DNA of 13,813 nucleotides from contig JBBILZ010000058.1 of the NCBI GenBank assembly GCA_037444665.1, positions 1 through 13,813 on the forward strand. Reading direction: 5' to 3'. Shown piece after piece: positions 1-7,860 of this stretch. Numbering within the stretch: position 1 is the first letter of the stretch; the number at the start of each line of letters is the position of its first letter. A program made the translations under genes and the position numbers. This stretch comes from a candidate division WOR-3 bacterium (GTDB lineage: Bacteria > Hydrothermota > Tepidihabitantia > SM23-42 > JAOAFX01). The notes beneath the pieces were generated by a model that searched no databases, was not told the DNA's origin, and saw nothing but the letters and a program-made list of their open reading frames with translations.

Positions 1-2
1 TT

Positions 3-92
3 TCGGAAAGGGCAAAGATGATTGCCCGGGTAAGAGGACTTACATCAGAGGCAGCGCAACTCTATATAAATAAACAGGAAAACAATGATTGA
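3..92 (+). CDS. glyQ: Glycyl-tRNA synthetase alpha subunit, 3' end only (truncated by window)
   Basis: Frame 3 reads SERAKMIARVRGLTSEAAQLYINKQENND* (TGA 90-92), resembling the GlyQ C-terminal 'ER..YI.RVR.L....A..Y' helix. It overlaps the glyS start by 8 bp. Confidence 0.85.
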   Translation, partial: SERAKMIARVRGLTSEAAQLYINKQENND

Positions 93-2154
93 TTTTTTAC
101 TGGAAATAGGATTTGAAGACTTTCCATCTTCTTATCTGAGCAAGGCAGCAAATGACCTGACCGAACGGGTTGAAGCCCTATTTAAAAACGAGCGCATATT
201 TTATAGAACACTGCGCAAGATATATGCGAGCAGGCGCATAGGTGTCCTTATTCTTGGTGTTGCACGCAAACAAAAACCACAGAGTATAGAGGTTCAGGGT
301 CCACCAAAAAAATTTGCCTTTGATGAAAATGGTAAACCCACTAAAGATCTTGAAGGATTCTTAAATGCCCACAATATCAAATTGAGTGATATAAAAATTG
401 CCAAAACCAGGAAAGGCGAATATGTTACTGCTATAAAAACAACGCCGGCAAAAGATACAGACGACATTTTATATTATGAAATTCCCAAAATAATTGCGAG
501 CCTTGAATTTCCTAAGACAATGGTCTGGAGCCAGGAAAGAGTAAGATTTCCCAGACCAATACGATGGATAGTTGGTCTGCTTGACCGTAAACCACTAAGA
601 TTTAAATATGCTGGAATTGAGGCTGAACGCTATAGTATGCCCAATTTTCACTTTTCATTTGAACCTATCCGTTTAGAAAAACCAAGGGAATACATAAACT
701 TCTTAAGGCATGGCGGTGTTGTGGTTGACCCGAATGAACGGCGTAAGATTATCAAAAACCGAATTATTGAAAGAGCAAAATTGCTAAAAGGTGACCCGGT
801 TTATGACGATGCTCTGCTTGAAGAAATAAACTGCACTATTGAATACCCGGATGTAACGAGCGGTGAATTTGATTCTGAGTTTTTAAAACTGCCTGAAGAG
901 ATACTAAAAACAACCTTAAAAACAACGGGCAATCTTATCTGGGTAAAAGGAACAAACAAATTTATCTGCATTTATAATGGTAGGCGAAAGGCAGAGAACA
1001 ATGTGGGTCAGGGATATGCCAGGGTATTAAAAGCACGCTTACAGGATGCACTATTTTATTATCAAAACGATATTAAACTCGGGATTACAAAAATGCAGGA
1101 AGCAACAAGGGATATGGTCTGGTTAGAAGGGCTGGGCACGATTTATGATAAATCAATGCGCATCTTCAAAGCTTTGAAAAATTTTGAAGGCGTGCCAGTA
1201 AATATGGATATTCTGAAGAGGGCAGCAGAACTATGTAAGGCAGACCTATTATCAAATATGGTGCGTGAAAAAGAATTTACTTCATTACAGGGTATAATGG
1301 GCTATTATTATGCACTTGCAAATGGTGAGGATGAGCGTGTAGCAATTGCTATAAAAGAACACTATCTACCTGTATTCAGCGGTGACAGATTACCTGATTC
1401 AAAGGAAGGTGCATTATTATCTATCATTGATAAAATTGATAATGTGATTGGCGGTTTTATTGCCGGACAAAGACCAACTGGTTCTTATGACCCATTCGGA
1501 CTCAGACGCAATGCTTATGCAATTTTCAATATTTGTGATAATCACAATTTTGACATAGAGATATTAACCATTGTAGAAAACCATATAAAAATATTTAAAT
1601 CCGACATAGATAAAAATCTTATAATTGAATTTCTCAGAGAAAGGCTTGAGCGATACCTTGAAGACCTTGGTTTCAGGTATGATGAGGTCGGTGCAGTAAT
1701 ATATAATACAAAATTAAATGTTTATGACACACGACTCAGATGTGAAAGTTTAAAAAACTTCAGGGATAAACAGGAGTTTCTCCAGTTAGTAATAGGACAA
1801 AAGCGTGTGCGCAATATTCTGAAAAACATAAAAGACCCCGGACCAGTTGACAGTGCATTATTTGAAAATCCTGCAGAAACCAACCTATATAAAAAGGGTA
1901 AGGAAATAGAAGAGAAGATGGCACCTCTGTTCCCCGAGAAAAAATATCTGGAAATAATGCAATTGTTGTTGAGCCTGCGCAAGGATATTGATAAGTTCTT
2001 TGACGATGTGCTTGTAATGTGTGAAGATGAAAAATTGCGTAAGAATCGCCTTGCCCTTGTTAACTTTATTAATCTTCTATTTTTGAAATTTGCCGACCTG
2101 TCCAAAATTGTCATAGAAGGCGAAAAACAGGAATCTAATCAAGCAAAATCTTAA
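85..2154 (+). CDS. glyS: Glycyl-tRNA synthetase beta subunit
   Basis: 689 aa. Motifs FLLEIGFEDFP, GPP, FPKTMVW..RFPRPIRWI, KADL.S.MV..EF.SLQG.MG..YA, PTGSYDPFGLRR and C-terminal DKFFDDVLVM...LRKNRLAL. Confidence 0.97.
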   Translation: MIDFLLEIGFEDFPSSYLSKAANDLTERVEALFKNERIFYRTLRKIYASRRIGVLILGVARKQKPQSIEVQGPPKKFAFDENGKPTKDLEGFLNAHNIKLSDIKIAKTRKGEYVTAIKTTPAKDTDDILYYEIPKIIASLEFPKTMVWSQERVRFPRPIRWIVGLLDRKPLRFKYAGIEAERYSMPNFHFSFEPIRLEKPREYINFLRHGGVVVDPNERRKIIKNRIIERAKLLKGDPVYDDALLEEINCTIEYPDVTSGEFDSEFLKLPEEILKTTLKTTGNLIWVKGTNKFICIYNGRRKAENNVGQGYARVLKARLQDALFYYQNDIKLGITKMQEATRDMVWLEGLGTIYDKSMRIFKALKNFEGVPVNMDILKRAAELCKADLLSNMVREKEFTSLQGIMGYYYALANGEDERVAIAIKEHYLPVFSGDRLPDSKEGALLSIIDKIDNVIGGFIAGQRPTGSYDPFGLRRNAYAIFNICDNHNFDIEILTIVENHIKIFKSDIDKNLIIEFLRERLERYLEDLGFRYDEVGAVIYNTKLNVYDTRLRCESLKNFRDKQEFLQLVIGQKRVRNILKNIKDPGPVDSALFENPAETNLYKKGKEIEEKMAPLFPEKKYLEIMQLLLSLRKDIDKFFDDVLVMCEDEKLRKNRLALVNFINLLFLKFADLSKIVIEGEKQESNQAKS

Positions 2155-2181
2155 GAACATACCCCAAAATTCAACTTCCTA

Positions 2182-2209
2182 TTGACATTAACCTTATTAT
2201 AATTATACT
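2182..2209 (+). promoter_or_regulatory. Sigma70-type promoter for aspS-recO
   Basis: TTGACA (2182-2187), 16-nt spacer, TATACT (2204-2209), in the glyS-aspS intergenic gap. Confidence 0.75.
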
Positions 2210-2250
2210 ATTAAACAATTTTTTAGTTTCGCAATTTTTAAACAAATTAC

Positions 2251-2256
2251 AAGGAG
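2251..2256 (+). promoter_or_regulatory. Shine-Dalgarno site of aspS
   Basis: AAGGAG 6 nt upstream of the in-frame ATT at 2263. Confidence 0.7.
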
Positions 2257-2262
2257 AGCACT

Positions 2263-4006
2263 ATTAAAGAGATATTTATAAATCAAATAAATAAAGAAAA
2301 AATAGGAAGAACACTTGAGACTTATGGTTGGGTTTCAAGGATTAGAAATTTAGGTGGTTTATTATTTGTAGATTTAAAAGACCGCACTGGTATCCTGCAA
2401 TTGGTAATTGACCCGAAGAAATTTGATGAAGCAAAGGAACTGGATCTACAGGATTGTCTCTTTGTTTCAGGGGTTGTCCAGGAAAGGCCTGAAAATCAAA
2501 AAAATCCCAAGATGATTACTGGTGATGTAGAACTGGTTGTGGATATAAATTACAAATATTAGCAAAGTCAAAGGTCCCCCCTTTTGTTATTGAAGAAGAG
2601 GTAAAGGCGAGTGAAGAGTTGCGTTTACGCTATCGCTATCTTGACCTGCGACGACAAACAATGCAGGACATTATTTATTTCAGGCACAGAGTCGTCACAG
2701 CAATAAGAGAATATCTTAATAATCTTAATTTTATTGAGATTGAAACACCGATTTTGACAAGGAGTATGCCTGAAGGTGCAAGGGACTATCTTGTTCCTTC
2801 TCGTTTATATCCTGGTAAGTTCTATGCCCTTGCCCAATCACCCCAGATGTATAAGCAGTTGTTAATGGTTGCTGGTTTTGAACGGTATTACCAGATTGCA
2901 AGGTGTATGCGCGATGAGGACCCAAGGCATGACCGCCAGCCTGAACATACCCAGATAGATATTGAAGCATCATTTGTGAGTGAAAATGATATTTATAATC
3001 TTATTGAAGAAATGTTTCAACATATCTTTAAAACAGTATTAAAAAAATGTTTCAACATATCTTTAAAACAGTATTAAAAACAGAATTAAAAATACCATTC
3101 CCAAAATTTTCGTTTAATGAGGTAATCACAAGATTCGGCTCTGACAAACCCGATATAAGTTTTGGTGTGGAAATAAAAAATTTTAAAGACATCCTGAAAA
3201 AGATCAATTTTCCGGCATTTGAAGGTAAGAGTGAAATCTGCGGGCTTGTGGTTGAAAATAGTAAGAGTATTTCCCGTAAAATGCTTGATGAATTTAATGA
3301 AAAAGCAAAGAAAAAAGGTATGGGTGGTATATACTGGCTAAAAAAAGAGACAGAACTGAGTGGTGGTCTGGCAAAGTATATGGATGAAGATACTATAAAA
3401 CAACTTGGCATTAAACAGGGTGAACTCTTGCTTGTCTGTGCTGGAGACAAAAAAATATTGCCATTTTTAGGTGAAATAAGGAATTGGATTGGTCAGGAAC
3501 TTAAATTAAGACAACCTGGATTCCATTTTCTCTGGGTATATGACTTTCCATTGTTCGAAATTGATGAGAATACTGGAAGGCTCCAGCCCTGCCACCATCC
3601 ATTTACCCAACCAAAACAAGAGGATATTCATTATCTTGACACTGAACCAATAAAGGTAAGGGGCAGACAATATGACCTTGTCCTCAATGGCAATGAACTT
3701 GCTTCTGGCAGTATCAGAAATCATAACCGGCAACTACAGGAAAAGATCTTTGAATTATTAGGTGTTGATAAAAAGACCGCAGCAGAAAAATTCGGCCTAC
3801 TGCTTGAGGCATTAGACTATGGTGCACCACCACATGGTGGTATTGCTCCAGGAATTGATAGAATCGTTATGCTCCTTGCTGGTGTAGATTCAATCAGGGA
3901 TGTTATTGCCTTTCCAAAAACAACGCAGGCACAGGGTTTGCTTGAGAATATCCCGGATGTGGTTGAACCAGAACAACTCAAAGAACTCCATCTAAAAATT
4001 GAATAA
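2263..4006 (+). CDS. aspS: Aspartyl-tRNA synthetase (bacterial type), split into three frames as assembled by a 2-bp insertion (~2545) and a 35-bp duplication (3010-3080); 568 aa when corrected
   Basis: 2263-2544 encodes the OB-fold ([28 protein letters not shown]...[18 protein letters not shown]), which the ORF track misses. Frame 3 continues [13 protein letters not shown]...[61 protein letters not shown]. The last frame has [53 protein letters not shown]. Confidence 0.95.
3010..3080. repeat. Perfect 35-bp tandem duplication inside aspS
   Basis: aatgtttcaacatatctttaaaacagtattaaaaa at 3011-3045 and again at 3046-3080. Confidence 0.98.
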
Positions 4007-4017
4007 TTAAAATTCAA

Positions 4018-4755
4018 ATGCCCAATATCCTGAGAACAAAGGGCATCATACTCCATACGCATCCATTCAAAGAGTCAAGTTTATTCTGTTCAATTTTCAG
4101 CAAAGATTTTGGAAAATTAAACCTTATTGCAAAAGGTGCACGCAGGCCAAAGAGTAAACTCTGCGGCACACTTGAGCCATTCAATCATTCAGAGATTATA
4201 TTTTATAAAAGGGAATTTAAAGATACTTATACCATTTCAGATGCCGTAATAATTGAGGATTTTGAACCAATCAGGCTATCGGCTCTAAAGGTCGCTGGCT
4301 GTGAAACTATCTGCGAATTTATTGACAAAACCCAGACAATTGAAGAACCAAATCCAAAGATTTATGGTTTGATACTGTCATTCTTAAGCAAACTCTGTTC
4401 AGCAGAAGAAAATTTGGCCGGATTATGGACACTTATACTGCTCTTCAGATTATTGAAATTTGTTGGTTTTGAACCACACCTGATCGATTGTGTTATTTGC
4501 CATAAAAAAGTAAATACTGAGCCAATATTAAATTTTAGTATTGTAAAAGGTGGCCTGGTATGCGCATCGCACTTTGATAGTTCAGTAATAACATTGGATA
4601 ACCAGGTTATAAACCCTATATTAAATACAGGAGAAAACCTATTCCCAGATAATGCAGATATTAATACCTGTCGTGAATTAAAACACTTATTTGAAACCTA
4701 TATCTATTACCATCTAAACAATATGAATTTACACTCAATGAAATTTATCCTATGA
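4018..4755 (+). CDS. recO: DNA repair protein RecO
   Basis: 245 aa. N-terminal TKGIIL...FKESS...FSKDFGKL..IAKGARRPKS...LEPF, then GFEPHL and a zinc-finger-like CVIC...GGLVCASH. Confidence 0.93.
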   Translation: MPNILRTKGIILHTHPFKESSLFCSIFSKDFGKLNLIAKGARRPKSKLCGTLEPFNHSEIIFYKREFKDTYTISDAVIIEDFEPIRLSALKVAGCETICEFIDKTQTIEEPNPKIYGLILSFLSKLCSAEENLAGLWTLILLFRLLKFVGFEPHLIDCVICHKKVNTEPILNFSIVKGGLVCASHFDSSVITLDNQVINPILNTGENLFPDNADINTCRELKHLFETYIYYHLNNMNLHSMKFIL

Positions 4756-4787
4756 AAAATCAACACTTTTTGCCATTTCAATGTTTT

Positions 4788-4839
4788 AAAAAATGAAAAT
4801 CCCCTCCGGCCGCGGCCCGAAGGCCACGACCGGGAGGGG
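4788..4839 (-). terminator. GC-rich C(UUCG)G hairpin with imperfect U-tract; probable intrinsic terminator for - strand transcripts
   Basis: The - strand reads CCCCUCCCGGUCGUGGCC-UUCG-GGCCGCGGCCGGAGGGG-AUUUUCAUUUUUU: a 17-bp stem with one bulge. Its two G-U pairs would be A-C mismatches on the + strand. Confidence 0.75.
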
Positions 4840-4879
4840 AAAGATGATCTATTTTATTAGACACCCAAAATAGTTTAAC
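4788..4879 (-). ncRNA. Candidate ~90-nt small RNA, family not recognised
   Basis: Bounded by a perfect promoter (4912-4885) and the terminator hairpin. It contains a second stem CUAUUUU/AAAAUAG (4873-4849) and no SD-led ORF. Confidence 0.5.
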
Positions 4880-4884
4880 GGTTT

Positions 4885-4912
4885 ATTATATCCAAAAAAA
4901 GGCAATTGTCAA
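4885..4912 (-). promoter_or_regulatory. Perfect-consensus sigma70-type promoter with no same-strand downstream gene
   Basis: - strand TTGACA (4912-4907), 16 nt, TATAAT (4890-4885). Confidence 0.75.
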
Positions 4913-4926
4913 TACTTAAGTGCAAT

Positions 4927-6147
4927 TTACATCTCCACTATCAGGTTTCTGGGATAATTTGTCAGGTTAATTATCTGACCCTTTTTGTCAATATAGATAA
5001 CATCCTCAAGCCTTATTCCATAGCCTTTTTCAGGATAATATACTCCTGGTTCAATCGTGAAGACCATACCCTTTTCCAGGCGGTCTGGATTATTCTTTAA
5101 AAGACCAAAACTCGGGCTTTCATGAACATTCAAACCGAGTCCATGGCCCAATGAATGGCAGTATCCTTTTTGGGTTTTCGGATCTGTAAGGAATGTTGGA
5201 TGTCCGTTCTTCTCAAAGTATTTACATACTGTTTTTTCAACTTCAATTGTCCTCTTCCCGATGCGAAGGTTTTCAAAGGCAATATCCTGGGCCATCTTTA
5301 CCTGTGCATACTCTTTTTTAATCTTATCCGGTGCAAAACCAAAACAGACTGTTCTGGTAAAGTCAAAGTAGTATCCACCTCCTATTTCTTGAGGGAATAT
5401 GTCAAAAACTATGGTCTTCCCTATTCTCACTGCTTCATTATCCTTCCCTGAATTATGTGGAACCCCGGCATCCCTTGCCTGGGCAACAATCAGACCTGAA
5501 GAGTTGATAAATCCGTCTTTAAATAACTCATTGGAAATATTTTTCTTTAAATCACCTATTAATAATTTTTTATTTTTCTCTTTATAGATTACCCCTGCCT
5601 TAACCTTCATCTTGCTGACCCATTTAATTGTTTTATTAAAAGCATTGATTACACCGTTGCGCACCTTTTTTATTTTTTTGACCTCATCTTCATCCTTGGT
5701 CATACGGGCTTGCGTAATCAAACTCTTTTCTGGCTCATAAAGGATTTCAATATTCTTACAAACCATTTTTATCTGCTTTATCAAGTTGTACCCTGCACCA
5801 ATTGCAGTATTACCATAAAATGCCACACATCCTTTGATTTTGAAATCATCAAGAATGGTCTTAATCAAAACTGCATTTGCCTTGACCCGGTCCTTATGTT
5901 TTTCATAGATCTTTTTCGTATCATATATATCAAAAAGAATCCCTTTTAAACCCGTTTTCATTGCCTCTTCACGCTCTATTGATGAATGGATTATATAAGC
6001 AGGCTCCTTATATTTTTTTATATACCAGGCATTAATATTTATCCCATTCAAAAGATAATACATAATTGGGTCATTATGCGCACTTCCCATTGCAATTATT
6101 GCGTTTACCCCATTCTTTTTCATCAACTGATCAAGGTCTTTCTTCAT
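4927..6147 (-). CDS. M24 family metallopeptidase (Xaa-Pro aminopeptidase/dipeptidase-like)
   Basis: 406 aa. Pita-bread fold metal ligands in FDIFP..GGYYFDFTRT, HSLGHGLGLNVHE, FTIEPGVY and GIRLED. SD AAGGAG at 6161-6156. Confidence 0.92.
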   Translation of the reverse strand: MKKDLDQLMKKNGVNAIIAMGSAHNDPIMYYLLNGININAWYIKKYKEPAYIIHSSIEREEAMKTGLKGILFDIYDTKKIYEKHKDRVKANAVLIKTILDDFKIKGCVAFYGNTAIGAGYNLIKQIKMVCKNIEILYEPEKSLITQARMTKDEDEVKKIKKVRNGVINAFNKTIKWVSKMKVKAGVIYKEKNKKLLIGDLKKNISNELFKDGFINSSGLIVAQARDAGVPHNSGKDNEAVRIGKTIVFDIFPQEIGGGYYFDFTRTVCFGFAPDKIKKEYAQVKMAQDIAFENLRIGKRTIEVEKTVCKYFEKNGHPTFLTDPKTQKGYCHSLGHGLGLNVHESPSFGLLKNNPDRLEKGMVFTIEPGVYYPEKGYGIRLEDVIYIDKKGQIINLTNYPRNLIVEM

Positions 6148-6192
6148 TTTTTATGCTCCTTTCTTAAAAATATTTGTCCCTGCATTTTAAAA

Positions 6193-6824
6193 TTATTTTA
6201 TAAACCAGCTGGCAATCCTGAAAAAGTTTTCAAGTATGATTCCACCCGCTGGATGTTTATCATCGTATCGCTCAGGATGGAACTGCACTCCATAAATCGG
6301 CAGGGTTCTATGTTTAATCGCTTCAATTGGGCAATTAGGCGATTCTGCCAATTTGATGAATTCATAGGGAAGATTTGCCACCATCTCCTGGTGTGATTCC
6401 ATTACCAGAATCTTTTCAGCCAGATCTTCAAACAATTCATCATGATTTACCCTCTTTACCATATAATAACCTTCTATCTTCTGCTCCATTGGAACAACAT
6501 CTTCATAGAATGCCTTGGCAATCAATTGACATAGAATGCCTTGGCAATCAATTGATGTCCAAAACAGATACCCAGAATTGGTTTTTCACAGATTTTAACA
6601 AGCTCTGCAACATTGGTATATAACTCAAATATCCCAATTTCAGCAAGTTTTCTCTGAGAGCCAGATATAATGATTGCATTATAAAGTCTCACATCTTCCT
6701 GGATACCAATTACTGAGGCATCTTTAATTTCAACAACATCAGTGGTTATATCACTGATTACTTTATATAAATGTTCAATCTGGGGTGAATTTGGTAAATA
6801 ACAATCAATAATCAATGTTCTCAT
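6193..6824 (-). CDS. Stand-alone class I glutamine amidotransferase (GMP synthase glutaminase-subunit-like), frameshifted as assembled by a 26-bp duplication; 201 aa when corrected
   Basis: The N-half has AIIISGS and the nucleophile motif PILGICFGHQL; the C-half has SHQE and YGVQFHPE (His-Glu of the triad). Both ORF halves share IAKAFY at the duplication. Confidence 0.9.
6504..6555. repeat. Perfect 26-bp tandem duplication inside the glutamine amidotransferase gene
   Basis: catagaatgccttggcaatcaattga at 6504-6529 and 6530-6555. Confidence 0.98.
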
Positions 6825-7860
6825 TTATCACCTCAAATAATTCATCAACAAGTTTTTTTTCAGGCACCCTTTTTATCTCTTTACCATGGGCAAAGATTGC
6901 GCCAATATGTTTGCCACAGGCAATGCCAAAATCTGCCTGGCTTGCCTCACCGGGTCCATTCACTACACAACCCATAACCGCAACAGTAAATGGTTTTTTT
7001 GTATGATTCAATTTCTTTTCTACAAGGCGGGCAATCTTTAAGAGATTAACCTCACACCTTCCACAGGTAGGACATACAATCAATTTTGGCCCGTATTCTC
7101 TGAGTTTTAATGATTTCAGTATTTCATATCCGGCAATGACCTCTTTTACCGGATCAGCAGCAAGAGAAACACGAATTGTGTTTCCAATCCCTTTATACAA
7201 AAGAACACCTATCCCTACCGCACTCCGGATACTACCCGAAAACAACATACCTGATTCAGTTATACCGAGGTGTAATGGAAAATCAAAATTATTGTGAATT
7301 ACTTCATAAACATTAATCGTCTCCAGAACATCAGCACACTTTGCTGATATAACAACATCAGAGAAATTGTGTTTGTAAAATATCTCAAGCGCTGAATTGA
7401 GGGTTTTAATAATTGCCTCTAATGTGGGACTTTTATATTTCTGCATTATCTTTTTGGGCAGAGAACCAGTATTTATCCCTATCCGAATTGGAATTGAATT
7501 ATCTGCTGCCTTCTTGATTATCTGTGCTATTTTCCATTCTTCTGTAATATTACCGGGATTTATTCTTATTTTATCAACTCCCGCATCAATCGCCATAAGT
7601 GCGAGTCGGTAATCAAAATGAATATCTGCTATCAAAGGAATATTAATCTGCCTTTTTATTTCACCTAATGCATTGACATCGTTTTTATTGACTACAGCAA
7701 GCCTTATCAATTCGCAACCTGCCATTTCCATTCTTTTAATCTGTGCCACTGTCCTTTTTATATCTGAAGTTCTGGTCTTGGTCATTGATTGAACAACAAC
7801 AGGATTTTGACCACCTATCTTCACATTGCCGATCTTTACAACCTTTTTTATTTTCTCCAT
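6805..7860 (-). CDS. ispG: 4-hydroxy-3-methylbut-2-en-1-yl diphosphate synthase (MEP pathway), short two-domain type
   Basis: 351 aa. VQSMT, PLIADIHFDY, IRINPGNI, PLHLGITE, GIGNTIRVSL, Fe-S ligands CPTCGR and MGCVVNGPGE. Confidence 0.97.
   Translation of the reverse strand: MEKIKKVVKIGNVKIGGQNPVVVQSMTKTRTSDIKRTVAQIKRMEMAGCELIRLAVVNKNDVNALGEIKRQINIPLIADIHFDYRLALMAIDAGVDKIRINPGNITEEWKIAQIIKKAADNSIPIRIGINTGSLPKKIMQKYKSPTLEAIIKTLNSALEIFYKHNFSDVVISAKCADVLETINVYEVIHNNFDFPLHLGITESGMLFSGSIRSAVGIGVLLYKGIGNTIRVSLAADPVKEVIAGYEILKSLKLREYGPKLIVCPTCGRCEVNLLKIARLVEKKLNHTKKPFTVAVMGCVVNGPGEASQADFGIACGKHIGAIFAHGKEIKRVPEKKLVDELFEVINENIDY

Noticed and set aside
2155..2262. T-box or other attenuator upstream of aspS
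   Set aside because: The predicted leader is only about 50 nt, with no T-box consensus or terminator/antiterminator stems.
2263..4006. aspS as a genuine decayed pseudogene or programmed-frameshift gene
   Set aside because: All catalytic motifs, promoter and SD are intact, the only lesions are exact duplications, and there is no slippery-site signature. It cannot be called a pseudogene without read evidence.
4752..4796. 14-codon ORF MKNQHFLPFQCFKK overlapping the recO stop (ATGA)
   Set aside because: Very short, no SD and no recognisable features; expected by chance in AT-rich DNA.
4801..4839. Hairpin as SRP RNA or a + strand terminator for recO
   Set aside because: It lacks the SRP helix 8 internal-loop motifs. 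On the + strand the stem has two A-C mismatches and no following U-tract.
6511..6529. Short palindromes inside duplicated units (tgccttggca, tcaattga; also tgtataca and ttatataa in the 31-bp unit) as a shared recognition signal
   Set aside because: Different sequences in each unit, no comparable 8-bp palindrome in the 35-bp unit, and common by chance at this AT content.
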